The notes beneath the pieces are model-generated. The model did no database searches. It was not told the DNA's origin and was given only the letters and a program-made list of their open reading frames with translations. Below are positions 28,371 to 38,054 of a DNA stretch of 64,000 nucleotides, piece by piece. Position 1 is the first letter of the stretch, and every line of letters begins with the position of its first letter. Origin of the DNA: Candidatus Calditenuis fumarioli (lineage in GTDB: Archaea > Thermoproteota > Nitrososphaeria_A > Caldarchaeales > Calditenuaceae); NCBI GenBank assembly GCA_030059665.1, contig JANVYR010000001.1, positions 160,001-224,000 on the forward strand, read 5' to 3'. The position numbers and the translations under genes are program-made.

Positions 28371-29470
28371 CGACCCAATTTCACCTCCTGAAAGATATCA
28401 ATGTAGCGTTCCGCGATGCGGTCCCACGAGTAGTTCCTAGCAAAGGCTACCCCTCTGGACGCGAGTTCCTGAGATAGCTTGCGATCATCTAGCAGCTTCA
28501 GGATGGCCTCCGCGAAGGCTTCTGGATCCACCGGAGTGATGATTCCTGCACCCGACTCCTTCACTAGGAAGGATTCATCGACGTCCGTCGCGACTATTGG
28601 CCTGCCGCATGCCATGTATTCCAGTAATTTAAACGATACTCTCCCTCCGAGCGAAACTGACTGGGGTAATATCCCTACAGCCCCCTTCTTGATGTAAACC
28701 GGAACCCTATCATGACTGACATAGCCAGCTAATTCAACGCTGTCAAGGCAAGCTTCTATTGACTTGATGAATCTAGGTGTTGGGTCACCTATAATTATGA
28801 ATCTTACGGTTTTGTCCCTGTGATTGACTTCTCTTATCACCTGACTGAGGAACTCAGACCTGTGGGGTGCGAGCGTGCCTACATACACCACCGTCCTAGA
28901 ATCGGGTATTGGCGTTGGCGTAAAGCTCCTCAGATCGACACCATCAGGGATGACTTCAAGCATGCGAGCGTCGAGACCGTAAAGCTCAATGAACTTCTTC
29001 TTGATCATCTCGGTGTGTACGATCACTTTCACAACCCGTCGGTCATAGAGCAAAGGATGGGGGGGTTGACTAAAATCGGGGTCGTCGGCATCGAGAACGA
29101 ATGGCTTCTCTCCGAGCAAGCGATAAACCAGCAGTGGGAACGCCGTGTCGAACAACCAGTAGACGTCCGCTCTATCGGTTCGCGTGAGGAGGGCGGCGAG
29201 GGGCCCGAGGAATTTGGTGGCATAAGGTCTCCCTAATCGCGCCCTGACTGGCAACAGAACCCTGGCATAGCGCCTCACCCCCTCTATTTCGGGATAACCG
29301 GAACCAGTGGTTGCCCAGATACGGAGGTTAAGCCTTCCTATCAATCTCTCCATCAACTCTGCATACCTGACGTTTCCGATCGGGAAGTGAGAGAGGAGCG
29401 TTGAGACGACGATATTGCCTCCTCGAACGCCCATTGGCAACACCAATTCATTCGACTCCAACTTGCACAT
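28367..29470 (-). CDS. GT4 glycosyltransferase
   Basis: IPDGVD, YVGTL, SFKLLEYMACGRPIVAT and YSWDRIA. Confidence 0.92.
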   Translation of the reverse strand: MCKLESNELVLPMGVRGGNIVVSTLLSHFPIGNVRYAELMERLIGRLNLRIWATTGSGYPEIEGVRRYARVLLPVRARLGRPYATKFLGPLAALLTRTDRADVYWLFDTAFPLLVYRLLGEKPFVLDADDPDFSQPPHPLLYDRRVVKVIVHTEMIKKKFIELYGLDARMLEVIPDGVDLRSFTPTPIPDSRTVVYVGTLAPHRSEFLSQVIREVNHRDKTVRFIIIGDPTPRFIKSIEACLDSVELAGYVSHDRVPVYIKKGAVGILPQSVSLGGRVSFKLLEYMACGRPIVATDVDESFLVKESGAGIITPVDPEAFAEAILKLLDDRKLSQELASRGVAFARNYSWDRIAERYIDIFQEVKLGR

Positions 29471-29969
29471 AAGTATTGGCGTTCATTTAGATAACGTAAA
29501 CTAAAAGGATAACGAGGAACAGTATAACCCTGAGGAACCTCGACCCACAGCGACAACGATGATCGGTGTCCTTAGGATGGCATACTACGTCATCTTTAGA
29601 TCTCTGGGGATGATAAGATGGAGGATCGATTGAGCGTTCTGTTGATCCATAGAGCAAAAAAGAGAAGCGTGCTTGAAAAATTTCTTACTTACTCTGCCAA
29701 CCTTCAGACCTTATCCCCCTTAGGTGTTCGGGGCACCGTCCCTTTTGTAATAGGGGACTAGACTACATCCTTAAAGTCCATGACCAACGAATGCCGAGGC
29801 GAATCCATTGAGAGAAGGAGATGAGCTGCCACTTATTTGCCCCAAATGGGACGCTTTCCCCAGAATCGGGTTAAGGGGGCGTGGACCGACAGTCTTAAGT
29901 TACTTGATACTTCGGAGACCAACGTGTGCGAAGGCTAATATATTCAATTAAGTAAAGCTTATCCAAGGT

Positions 29970-31010
29970 TTGAACTGGAAGAGGAAAAGGGTAATCGTTA
30001 CAGGTGGTGCAGGGTTCATAGGAGGCGCTCTAACCGACAAGCTCTTATCACTAGGATCCGACGTCACAGTTGTCGACAAGTTACTGATTCCTAACGATTC
30101 ATGGATCTGGGAGGCCAAACTGCAAAGGCTTCGGGAAATTTACAGAAGTCATGGTTATGAAAACCCGCAGTTAGAAATTATGGACCTCAGAATCGACAGG
30201 TATCAATTCCAGAGTTTGGCCGAGGACCATGATATCGTTTTCCATCTCAGCGCGCTCTTCGGTGGAAGGGAATTCGTGGACAAGTATCAGACAGAGACCT
30301 CGGAGATCCTAGCAATTGATCATAATGTGATCATGGCATCCTATGAAGCAGGGATCGAGAGGTTCCACTATGCCTCATCGGCATGCGTCTATCCACCATC
30401 GTTAAACAAGCCTGGATACCTCCTGAAGGAGGATGACGTCCTCAGCACAGGCGAGGGATGGAAGAGCAGCGACAACCTATACGGATTCGCGAAGTTGATG
30501 GGCGAGCTGCCGCTCAAAGTCCTACACGAGGAGAAAGGCTTCAAAAGCAATATATGCAGATACCTTACGGTATACGGGCCGGGTCAGTTCGACACGTCTC
30601 ATGCCATACCGGCCCTGATCGATAGGGCGTTAGACCGAGAGGATCCCTATGTAGTCTGGGGATCCGGCGAACAGGAGCGTGGATTCACATACGTCGATGA
30701 CATCGTTGAGGGCACGATTTTGGCGACCGAAAAAATAGTCGATGCAACCCCCGTTAACCTAGGCTGGGACAAGAGGTACAAAATAAAGGAAGTGGTACGG
30801 ATAATCCTAGAGGTCGTCGGACATAGGCCTAAGGAGGTGGTCTTCGACAGGACTAAGCCAGAGGGGCCCTTCAGCAGGGCTCTCGATATAACCAGAGCGA
30901 GGGAGATTTTGGGCTGGTATCCACGCGTCGACCTCGAAGAAGGAATTAGGAGAACTGTGGAGTGGAGGAAGGAGATGAGAGCTAAGTTCAAAGTGAAGAT
31001 AACCGGTTGA
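29970..31010 (+). CDS. NAD-dependent nucleotide-sugar epimerase/dehydratase (GDP-mannose epimerase-like subgroup)
   Basis: TGGAGFIG, SSACVYP, YGFAK, VYGP, GSGEQERGFTYVDD and LGWYP. Confidence 0.9.
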   Translation: MNWKRKRVIVTGGAGFIGGALTDKLLSLGSDVTVVDKLLIPNDSWIWEAKLQRLREIYRSHGYENPQLEIMDLRIDRYQFQSLAEDHDIVFHLSALFGGREFVDKYQTETSEILAIDHNVIMASYEAGIERFHYASSACVYPPSLNKPGYLLKEDDVLSTGEGWKSSDNLYGFAKLMGELPLKVLHEEKGFKSNICRYLTVYGPGQFDTSHAIPALIDRALDREDPYVVWGSGEQERGFTYVDDIVEGTILATEKIVDATPVNLGWDKRYKIKEVVRIILEVVGHRPKEVVFDRTKPEGPFSRALDITRAREILGWYPRVDLEEGIRRTVEWRKEMRAKFKVKITG

Positions 31011-31016
31011 TGTGGT

Positions 31017-31610
31017 ATGGCGACTATGATAAAGAGCATAACAGTGGTTGGACTGGGCAAGCTCGGCCTTTGCATAGCGGCCGTTTTGGCGGATGCAGGA
31101 TTCAAGGTCGTAGGTGTAGACGTTGACGAGGGGCGCGTGAGGGCGGTCAATTCGGGCGAGGTCTACATCAAGGAGCCTAAGTTACCCCACCTCATTCGGA
31201 AAAATCGGAAAAGAATACGGGCCACGACAGCTCTCGATGACGCTATCGCATCTTCTCAAGCCACGTTCGTAATATTGCCTACTCCCAGCGAGCCTGACGG
31301 TACCTTCTCGCTCAAGCACGTGCTGCCAGTGGTAAAAGAAGCGGCAAGGGCAATCTCAAGAAAGGACGAATACCACTTAATGGTAATAAATAGCACTATC
31401 ATGCCAGGCTCAATGGATAATTATATTAAACCAACATTGGAAGAGCACTCAGGTAAACTCGTCGGGAATGGTGTAGGGCTTTGTTATAACCCCGAGTTCG
31501 TCGCACTAGGGGACGTCATAAACGGTCTCACTCGTCCTGATCGAAGGATTAACCCGATTCATTGCAACATATATAAATTGGGGGAGACTAGCTATGACCA
31601 TCAGTTTTAG
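31017..31610 (+). pseudogene. Truncated UDP-glucose/GDP-mannose dehydrogenase (N-terminal NAD domain only)
   Basis: VGLGKLG, ILPTP, INSTIMPG and YNPEFV. Homology ends at ..PDR (about 31545), followed by an AT-rich tail; the catalytic K-x3-N helix and Cys are absent. Confidence 0.85.
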
Positions 31611-32532
31611 TATTATAACTACAACATTGGATAGACCTGAATTGTTGAAAGAGGCTATAGTGTCAGTGATTAATCAAAATTATGACAAGTCTTTAATTGA
31701 ACACATAATCATTGATGCGTCTCCCAAGAAAACAGCAAAGGATACGGTGGAAAAATTGTCGGGGGGAGTCGATTTCGCCATAAAATACGTCCACATGCCG
31801 CGCGTGAACATACCAACTGCTATAAACGAAGGCATTAAAATATCCACAAACGACGTCATAGTGATATTACATGATGACGATCTGTTACCTCCTGAAGCGC
31901 TCCGACATGCTGCAAACCGGTTTGATGAATTCTGTCAGCGTGGTGTTGATCTGGACATCGTATGTGGTGATGTTGCGGTCATACGGACTAATCATCGAAC
32001 CAATGGCTTTATTGTAGAGAGAGTTATAAATCTCAATTTCTCTATTTACGATTTATTGTTTAAGACCCCTTATGAGCCGACGAAATTTATTAAAAGATCA
32101 GCATTCCATAAAATTGGAATTTTCTACGAAAAATTTAATTATGCTTGGCATAGAGAGTGGTTGTTAAGAGCTGCAATAATGGGTTTAAGTAGTTCGCACA
32201 CCAGAACAGTTTGTTATCTATTTCGGCGACACACTTTATCTACTACATTACCATTGATCTGGAATGAGTATAAGAGATTGAAATGGCTAAAGGAGCATTT
32301 AATAATGGATAAAAATCTTATCAGTTTAGCAAAAAAATGCAATAATCAAGTTGCTATAACTTTACTGAAAAAACATTTGATGAGAGAATCAATGAGCGGG
32401 TTGCGACTTTCAATTAAAAAAGCCAAGATTCAAGAGGCTGCCTATTATGCCATGTTTCCGATGTTCGTAGACTCTGGTCTATATATTAAATTTATCAAAA
32501 GAAAATTTATTACATCACACGCCTTAATATAG
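31594..32532 (+). CDS. GT2 glycosyltransferase, very AT-rich
   Basis: SIITTT, LKEAIVSVINQ, IIDASP, AINEGI and ILHDDD. Confidence 0.88.
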   Translation: MTISFSIITTTLDRPELLKEAIVSVINQNYDKSLIEHIIIDASPKKTAKDTVEKLSGGVDFAIKYVHMPRVNIPTAINEGIKISTNDVIVILHDDDLLPPEALRHAANRFDEFCQRGVDLDIVCGDVAVIRTNHRTNGFIVERVINLNFSIYDLLFKTPYEPTKFIKRSAFHKIGIFYEKFNYAWHREWLLRAAIMGLSSSHTRTVCYLFRRHTLSTTLPLIWNEYKRLKWLKEHLIMDKNLISLAKKCNNQVAITLLKKHLMRESMSGLRLSIKKAKIQEAAYYAMFPMFVDSGLYIKFIKRKFITSHALI

Positions 32533-32653
32533 CGCAGATTTTATAAGTTCCGCCTCGAATTTTCTCTTGAAATAAGACCTGTGACAGTAAATAGTATCTC
32601 ATCCTAGAGGGATGTCTACTTATAAATCCCAAACGATGATATTTAAAATTTCA

Positions 32654-34147
32654 TTACTTCAAAAGGCTTATCACGAACACCCTAACTTCCTTTAGCAATT
32701 GCCTGAACTGCGACGACGTTGCGTAGAGCGACGCGAAATAGATCATAGCCCCCAATCCGGTTAACGAGGAGAGCTCAGTCAACGTACTCAAGAAACCCCT
32801 TTCGGGGCCGCTCAATGCGATCTTGCCCAGTGTGACAGCCATTGCCATTATGGCTCCCGATGCGAAGTAAGGCACGAGTTCCCTGAACTGGACCCTGAAG
32901 CCGGTGTATTTTGCCGCATGCGAACTATAGATAACCAGCTGCACGATGGTCACCACCGTCTTAACCGCGGCCAAAACCGTGACCAAGAGATTGACCTGAA
33001 GCCTCAGAAACGCCAGCACCAACGCGATTGGCACCAGGTACGATGGGGCGGTTAAGGCCGAGACGTACAACCCGAAGGACAGCCTGCTTCGGAGGTACTG
33101 TCTCACGGTTGGTACGCCCTCCTCATCGATCCTTTCCGACGCGAGTATCAGGGTGCCGTAATAATTGCTCAACAGTCCGACGAAGGTGGAGACCAAAAGG
33201 AGCGAAGCGGCCGGCCACGATCCGGAGTAAACCGGGTTCAGGACGGAAAGCAGGTAATCCGAAAGGACAACGGAACCGAAGAGCGCGGGCACCCCGAGCG
33301 TCATCATGAAGTGGAGCGATTTGAGGGCATCCCTCACGTCCCCTCCTGATAGGAGTCGTGGGTAGAGGCCTCCGATGAGGTTGCCAGTAGCGTTAACCAA
33401 TAGCGATATCGTGAACGCTGCTTGCCAGTGGGCAGTGACGAGCGTCCCTCCGGTGAAGAGCGACATCATGATGACGTCTAGGGAGTAAACCTGACCGACT
33501 AGCAGTGACAGCGCGTTGACCACGGAGCCGCGGAACCATCTCGCCAGCTCCTCACCGACGTTCTCACGGCCTAAGGTTCCCCTCACGCCATAAGCGAGGA
33601 CCGACAGGTAGGCAAGGTGGCCCACGAATACCGCCGTGATGACAGAACGGAGGGACGGGTCCCCTAAACCGAGAACCAGAACCAGGGCAGCGATCAGCTT
33701 CACGGTCTCAAAGGCCATGGATCCAAGACCCGTGAACTGCGGCGCATGTCCCCACGCGATCGCCAGGTAGAGGTTCACGAGGGAGTTGGGAACGAGCACC
33801 AGAAGCCCCAAGAGGAGGTCGTTGAAAGTCGAACCCACCTGTGAGTAGGTCAACGACGAGGCCGCTATGTAGAGACCGGCACCAGCGGGGATTAAGATTG
33901 AACCCGAGACGAGTGAGGGCACCATGACCTTTCTGCCCCTCGCCGCGTCCCTGCCTATCCAGCTGCCGATCAGGTTGACGGGTATCAACGAGTAGGAGAC
34001 CAGAGTCCCGATGTAGGCCCAAAGCCCGAAGGTTTCTGGATTCAACCGCCTCGCTATGAGGACCGAGAAGAGCAGACCCACTATCTGCCCGTAAACCGCT
34101 GCCGCGAAGGATATAGCTCCAGGGAGCCTCAGCCTTACCCTGCTCAC
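32654..34147 (-). CDS. Oligosaccharide flippase (Wzx/MOP-like)
   Basis: About 13-14 TM helices, IARRLNPETFGLW, GLYPRL and LSVLNPVY, located in a glycan cluster. Confidence 0.75.
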   Translation of the reverse strand: MSRVRLRLPGAISFAAAVYGQIVGLLFSVLIARRLNPETFGLWAYIGTLVSYSLIPVNLIGSWIGRDAARGRKVMVPSLVSGSILIPAGAGLYIAASSLTYSQVGSTFNDLLLGLLVLVPNSLVNLYLAIAWGHAPQFTGLGSMAFETVKLIAALVLVLGLGDPSLRSVITAVFVGHLAYLSVLAYGVRGTLGRENVGEELARWFRGSVVNALSLLVGQVYSLDVIMMSLFTGGTLVTAHWQAAFTISLLVNATGNLIGGLYPRLLSGGDVRDALKSLHFMMTLGVPALFGSVVLSDYLLSVLNPVYSGSWPAASLLLVSTFVGLLSNYYGTLILASERIDEEGVPTVRQYLRSRLSFGLYVSALTAPSYLVPIALVLAFLRLQVNLLVTVLAAVKTVVTIVQLVIYSSHAAKYTGFRVQFRELVPYFASGAIMAMAVTLGKIALSGPERGFLSTLTELSSLTGLGAMIYFASLYATSSQFRQLLKEVRVFVISLLK

Positions 34148-34743
34148 CGCACTCGACGCTCAAACGCCGCTATATTGGGTAGTGCACCAGGTTTCGCAGC
34201 TGGCGATAATTGGAGATTTTGCTGACGCAAGGTACTCATCGACGTTATCGAATGTGTTGAAAGGCCCGTTAAGTTGGTATTACTCAATTTTGATCGCCCC
34301 CACCGGTCTTCTCAGCGAGTCCTTCACCCGTTCTTCTCGGAACAGCATTCTCAGCTTCATCCAGCCCAGTTCGTGTTATGGGAGGTAGTTTTTCAAAATG
34401 CCCGGCTGCATGTTACTCACTATCACCCAGTACGTTGTGCTACCGAGCAGTGATTCCTACCATCGAAATGTAATGGGTGCATCAAGAAGCCCTTGAAGAG
34501 TTCCCTCAGGACCCTCCGGAAGCCCTCCACCACCAGCGGGTTACTGGTTAATTTAGGATCCACGTACCGAGTATCCTCACAAACGACTCGTATGTTGTGA
34601 AGAACCGTGCGCTAAAACTACCTATATCGTCTGCCAGGAACAGCAATGCCCTACACCTGAAGGTTTAGACGCACCGAAGTCCCCGCTCGGCCGTATAGAA
34701 AAACCATAAAAAGCATCTTAACACCCCCAATACAGCACATCGG

Positions 34744-35136
34744 ATGTCAAAATACGAGGAGTACAACGCTCTGCTCAGGAGGTCGAGCGGGTTCTACGAG
34801 ACGGCGCGTATGCAGGCCGAAGCCGGAATGTACGACCTTGCAGTCTTCAGCTTGGAGCAATCGCTTCAGCTCTTCCTCAAGGCAAACCTGCTGCGTGCCG
34901 GCTCCGATTATCCGAGGACCCACAGTGTCAGGAGACTTCTGGAGCTGCTCGCGGAAGTCACGGGCCGTGAGGAGCTGAGGCACATCGCATCTAGGTACAG
35001 CGTTGAGTTGGGATCGCTCGAGGACACTTACATAACATCAAGGTGCGTTCCCCGGGTTTACGCTCGGGAGGAGTTCGAGAGGCTCCACAAGGTCGTCGAC
35101 GAGGTGATGGCGCTTGTCAGCGGATCCGTTCGTTAG
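34744..35136 (+). CDS. HEPN-domain protein
   Basis: YDLAVFSLEQSLQLFLKA, YPRTHSVRRLL and LEDTYITSRC. Confidence 0.9.
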   Translation: MSKYEEYNALLRRSSGFYETARMQAEAGMYDLAVFSLEQSLQLFLKANLLRAGSDYPRTHSVRRLLELLAEVTGREELRHIASRYSVELGSLEDTYITSRCVPRVYAREEFERLHKVVDEVMALVSGSVR

Positions 35137-35434
35137 GGACTCCAAGCGACGGATCGAGGTCTTCAGCCGGCTCGAGAGCCACCTTGCGAGGCTGGCGGAG
35201 GTCGTCAAATCGCTGGATCCAAATGCGGAGGTGTACCTATTCGGTAGCGTCGCCGAGGGGAGGCATCTCCTATCGAGCGATGCGGACGTGCTGGTCGTCA
35301 CGGACAGGTTGAGGCCGGGGGAGGTCATCGCGTCGCTGAAGGATGAGGGGTTCGACGATCCCCTCGAGATCCACGTCATCGGCAGAGAGCTGCTGGACCT
35401 GTATGCGAGGAGGTCAAAGCTTGTCAGACTCTAG
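35114..35434 (+). CDS. Minimal nucleotidyltransferase (MNT) antitoxin
   Basis: YLFGSVAEG...SDADVLVV and PLEIHV; overlaps the HEPN 3' end. Confidence 0.9.
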   Translation: MSADPFVRDSKRRIEVFSRLESHLARLAEVVKSLDPNAEVYLFGSVAEGRHLLSSDADVLVVTDRLRPGEVIASLKDEGFDDPLEIHVIGRELLDLYARRSKLVRL

Positions 35435-35539
35435 GTCCGCGATGCATGTCCGGTCAGTTGCGTCGTGATGGTCGACTCGGAGAAGGCACCGTCCTAGGAA
35501 GATCCCTAAACCTGTCCGGGGACGTAAGCCCATAAGCCG

Positions 35540-37126
35540 GTGCGAACGCAGCGCAGCGGGTTGGTCTCCTGGGAGCTGGTGCACAAGGCCACGGCATTCA
35601 TCGCGGAGGAGATGGGGGTGGCGCTGAAGAGGTCGGCCTTCTCTCCGAACATCAAGGAGCGGATGGACCACAGCTGCGCGGTCCTGGACGGGGAGGAAAG
35701 GATAGTGGCCCAGGCGAAGCACATTCCGGTCCACCTCGGCTCTTTCAGGGTCTGCGCGCTGAACGCAGTCCGGATCCTCAGCGAGGAGGGGATCGAGCTG
35801 GAGGAGGGGGACATGCTGGCCTTCAACGACCCCTACATCTCAGGCACCCACCTGAACGACCTGGCGGTGATGGCGCCCGTAAAGCGTAACGGCGAGACGG
35901 TGGCGTACGTGATCAACAAGGCCCACCTGGTGGACGTGGGCGGCCCGATGCCGGGCAGCATCAACCCCAACGCGCGAACCTTGTACGAGGAGGGGATGAT
36001 AGCTCCACCGGTGAAGCTGGTTAAGTCCGGTCAACTCGATCCGGAGCTGATCAGGTTCATGGCTTCCAACTTCAAGACGCCGGACGTAACGATCGGCGAC
36101 GTGATCGCGCAGGTGGCTGCGAACAGAGTCGGGGTCAGGCGGGTCGGCGAGCTCATGGAGAAGTACGGGCTGGAGACGGTGCTCGAGGCGTGGAGGCGCT
36201 CGATAGAATATTCCAGGAGCATAGCCTCCTCGGAGATCTCGGGCTGGAGGTCAGGGTCCTTCGACGCTGAGGACTACCTCGAGGCACCCGACGGCGACCT
36301 AGCAGTGCGGGGCAGGCTCGAGATAGGCGGTGGAAAGGTCAGGGCGGGCTTCTCGGGGTCCTCCCCTCAGGTCGAGTACCCGCTCAACGCGGTCTACGGC
36401 GTTACCTACGCGGCCACCGTCTTCGCGGTCCGTAGCCTCTTCCGGAGGGACGTGCCCGTGAACGAGGGCCTCTACTCGGCGATCGAGGTCGTAGCGCCGG
36501 AGGGTACCATCGTCAACCCGAGGAGGCCCGCACCGGTTGGGGGAGGGAACGTCGAGACCTCCCAGCGCGTGGCCGACACAGTTTTCCTAGCCCTCTCCAA
36601 ATCGATGCCCGAGCTGACGCCTGCGGCAGGCTCCGGGACGATGACCAACGTGATGATGGGAGGCAGGCTACCCGACGGCACCTACTGGGCCTACTACGAG
36701 ACGATCGGCGGAGGAACAGGGGGAAGGCCCGGGAAGGACGGCGTCTCAGGGGTCCACGTCAACATGACCAACACCCTCAACACGCCGATCGAGGTGGCCG
36801 AGCGCGAATATCCCCTTGTTCACCGCCTACAGGATACGGGAGGGCAGCGGTGGCGACGGGCTCTACAGGGGAGGTGACGGAGTCGTGAGGGCCTTCAGGG
36901 TCCTGCAGCCCTGCAGGCTCTCGGTCCTCTCGGACCGCTTCAGGCGGGGCCCCTGGGGGCTTTGGGGAGGTGAGAGCGGTAAGCCGGGAAGGATAACGAT
37001 AGTCCGCTCCGACGGCAGGAGGGAGGAGATGCCGAGCAAGTTCGCCGTTGACCTCTCCCCGGTGACGAGGTCGTGATCGAGACGCCCGGAGGGGGAGGCC
37101 TGTACCGCCGGTTTCGAGGACCGTAG
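35540..37126 (+). pseudogene. Hydantoinase B/5-oxoprolinase subunit B with two frameshifts
   Basis: SPNIKERMDHSC, NDPYISGTHLND and NTLNTPIE. Frameshifts at about 36815 (continues FTAYRIREGSGG) and about 37060 (continues GDEVVIETPGGGG). Confidence 0.85.
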
Positions 37127-37238
37127 TTTCCAACATTCCCATTGCTATGGATGCCGTGTGAGGGGCCGCAGCGCGCTGGAAACTTCAGATAATCGGGGGT
37201 TCGAGTCGGAGCTCGGCAGGCTTCTGGAGGAGCTCTGA

Positions 37239-37788
37239 TCAGGACCTCTCCAGCACGATGCAGGACGAGGGCCCAACCGAGAAAGACCAGCCGTCGGGCA
37301 CCACGGTCGTGGAGTCGTACTCGTCCATCAGCGCTGGACCCTCTGCCCTGAACCCCCTCGGAAGCCTCTCCCTCCTGTAAACAGGGACCTCCTCCCATTC
37401 GTCCCGAAGCATCGCCCTCAGTTCCCTAGGCACAAATGGCCTCGGCTTCTCGAAGAGGAGGTCGTAGAGCCTGGGCCTGTTCTGCCTTCCGATCTCAATG
37501 GCGTCCCTGAAACCCCGTGTCACCAGCATGCCCACCCTCGGACGCTCAAGCCGCATCTGTCCCCGGAGCGCGTTGGTCGCAATCGTCGAGGCGTGCAAAA
37601 CCTCCCTCGCGCCACACCCTCCTGAAGCCCTCGATGACCGTCCTCTCGGGGGCCCTGACGTCGGTCAGGGACTTGGAGTGCCTGAGGTTGCCGCGCTCAT
37701 CGAGGTGGACGAAGTCCGTGAAGGTCCCTCCCACATCGACGTCCAGCGTGGACAAGAGTTGGTCATCCAGAGTCCGGAAGAAGCCCAC
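37239..37788 (-). pseudogene. Hydantoinase A/5-oxoprolinase subunit A remnant with frameshift and large internal deletion
   Basis: DVGGTFTD, a frameshift at about 37603, HASTIATNAL...GFRDAIEIGRQNRPRLY, then directly the extreme C-terminus (VPVYRR...GPALMDEYDSTTVVP). Confidence 0.85.
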
Positions 37789-37812
37789 TAATTTTTTCTC
37801 CTTGTCTGTAGC

Positions 37813-38030
37813 GGCACCGTCAATCTGGTATTACGCCTCTTCTTCAATTACGTTCAATAGTATGTTGTGGATAAGCGCTATTCAGCATATGCTTTCCCGA
37901 GCGGGAACAATTGTTGAACAGCGAAGACATCTTTTCGATCAGGTAATCGGGAACGCGAACTAGGGGTTGAGGACGAGCAAGTTCATAGGACCTTAATTGT
38001 AAAAGCTCAAGAGTAAAACTTGACGGTGCC
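37813..38030 (-). mobile_element. Non-autonomous IS6-family-like element (MITE or internal-deletion derivative)
   Basis: Perfect terminal inverted repeats GGCACCGTCAA (37813-37823 and 38020-38030) bound an AT-rich 218-bp segment. A minus-strand fragment IALIHNILLNVIEEEA* ends beside the repeat. No target-site duplication seen. Confidence 0.6.
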
Positions 38031-38054
38031 GAGACCGAGAAGAGTGCATTTGTT

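Noticed and set aside
35485-35493. GGCACCGTC as a third IS end, making a composite element with 38030
   Set aside because: Only a 9-bp match, and an 11-bp match occurs inside a coding region at 2011-2021, so chance is likely.
36800-37070. Programmed frameshifting in the hydantoinase B gene
   Set aside because: Two separate shifts, no clear slippery heptamer, drifted motifs and a destroyed partner gene all favour pseudogenisation.
37195-37210. T-loop-like GGTTCGAGTC suggesting a tRNA fragment
   Set aside because: The flanks do not form a T-stem. It more likely belongs to the 3' end of a lost gene (…FESELGRLLEEL*).
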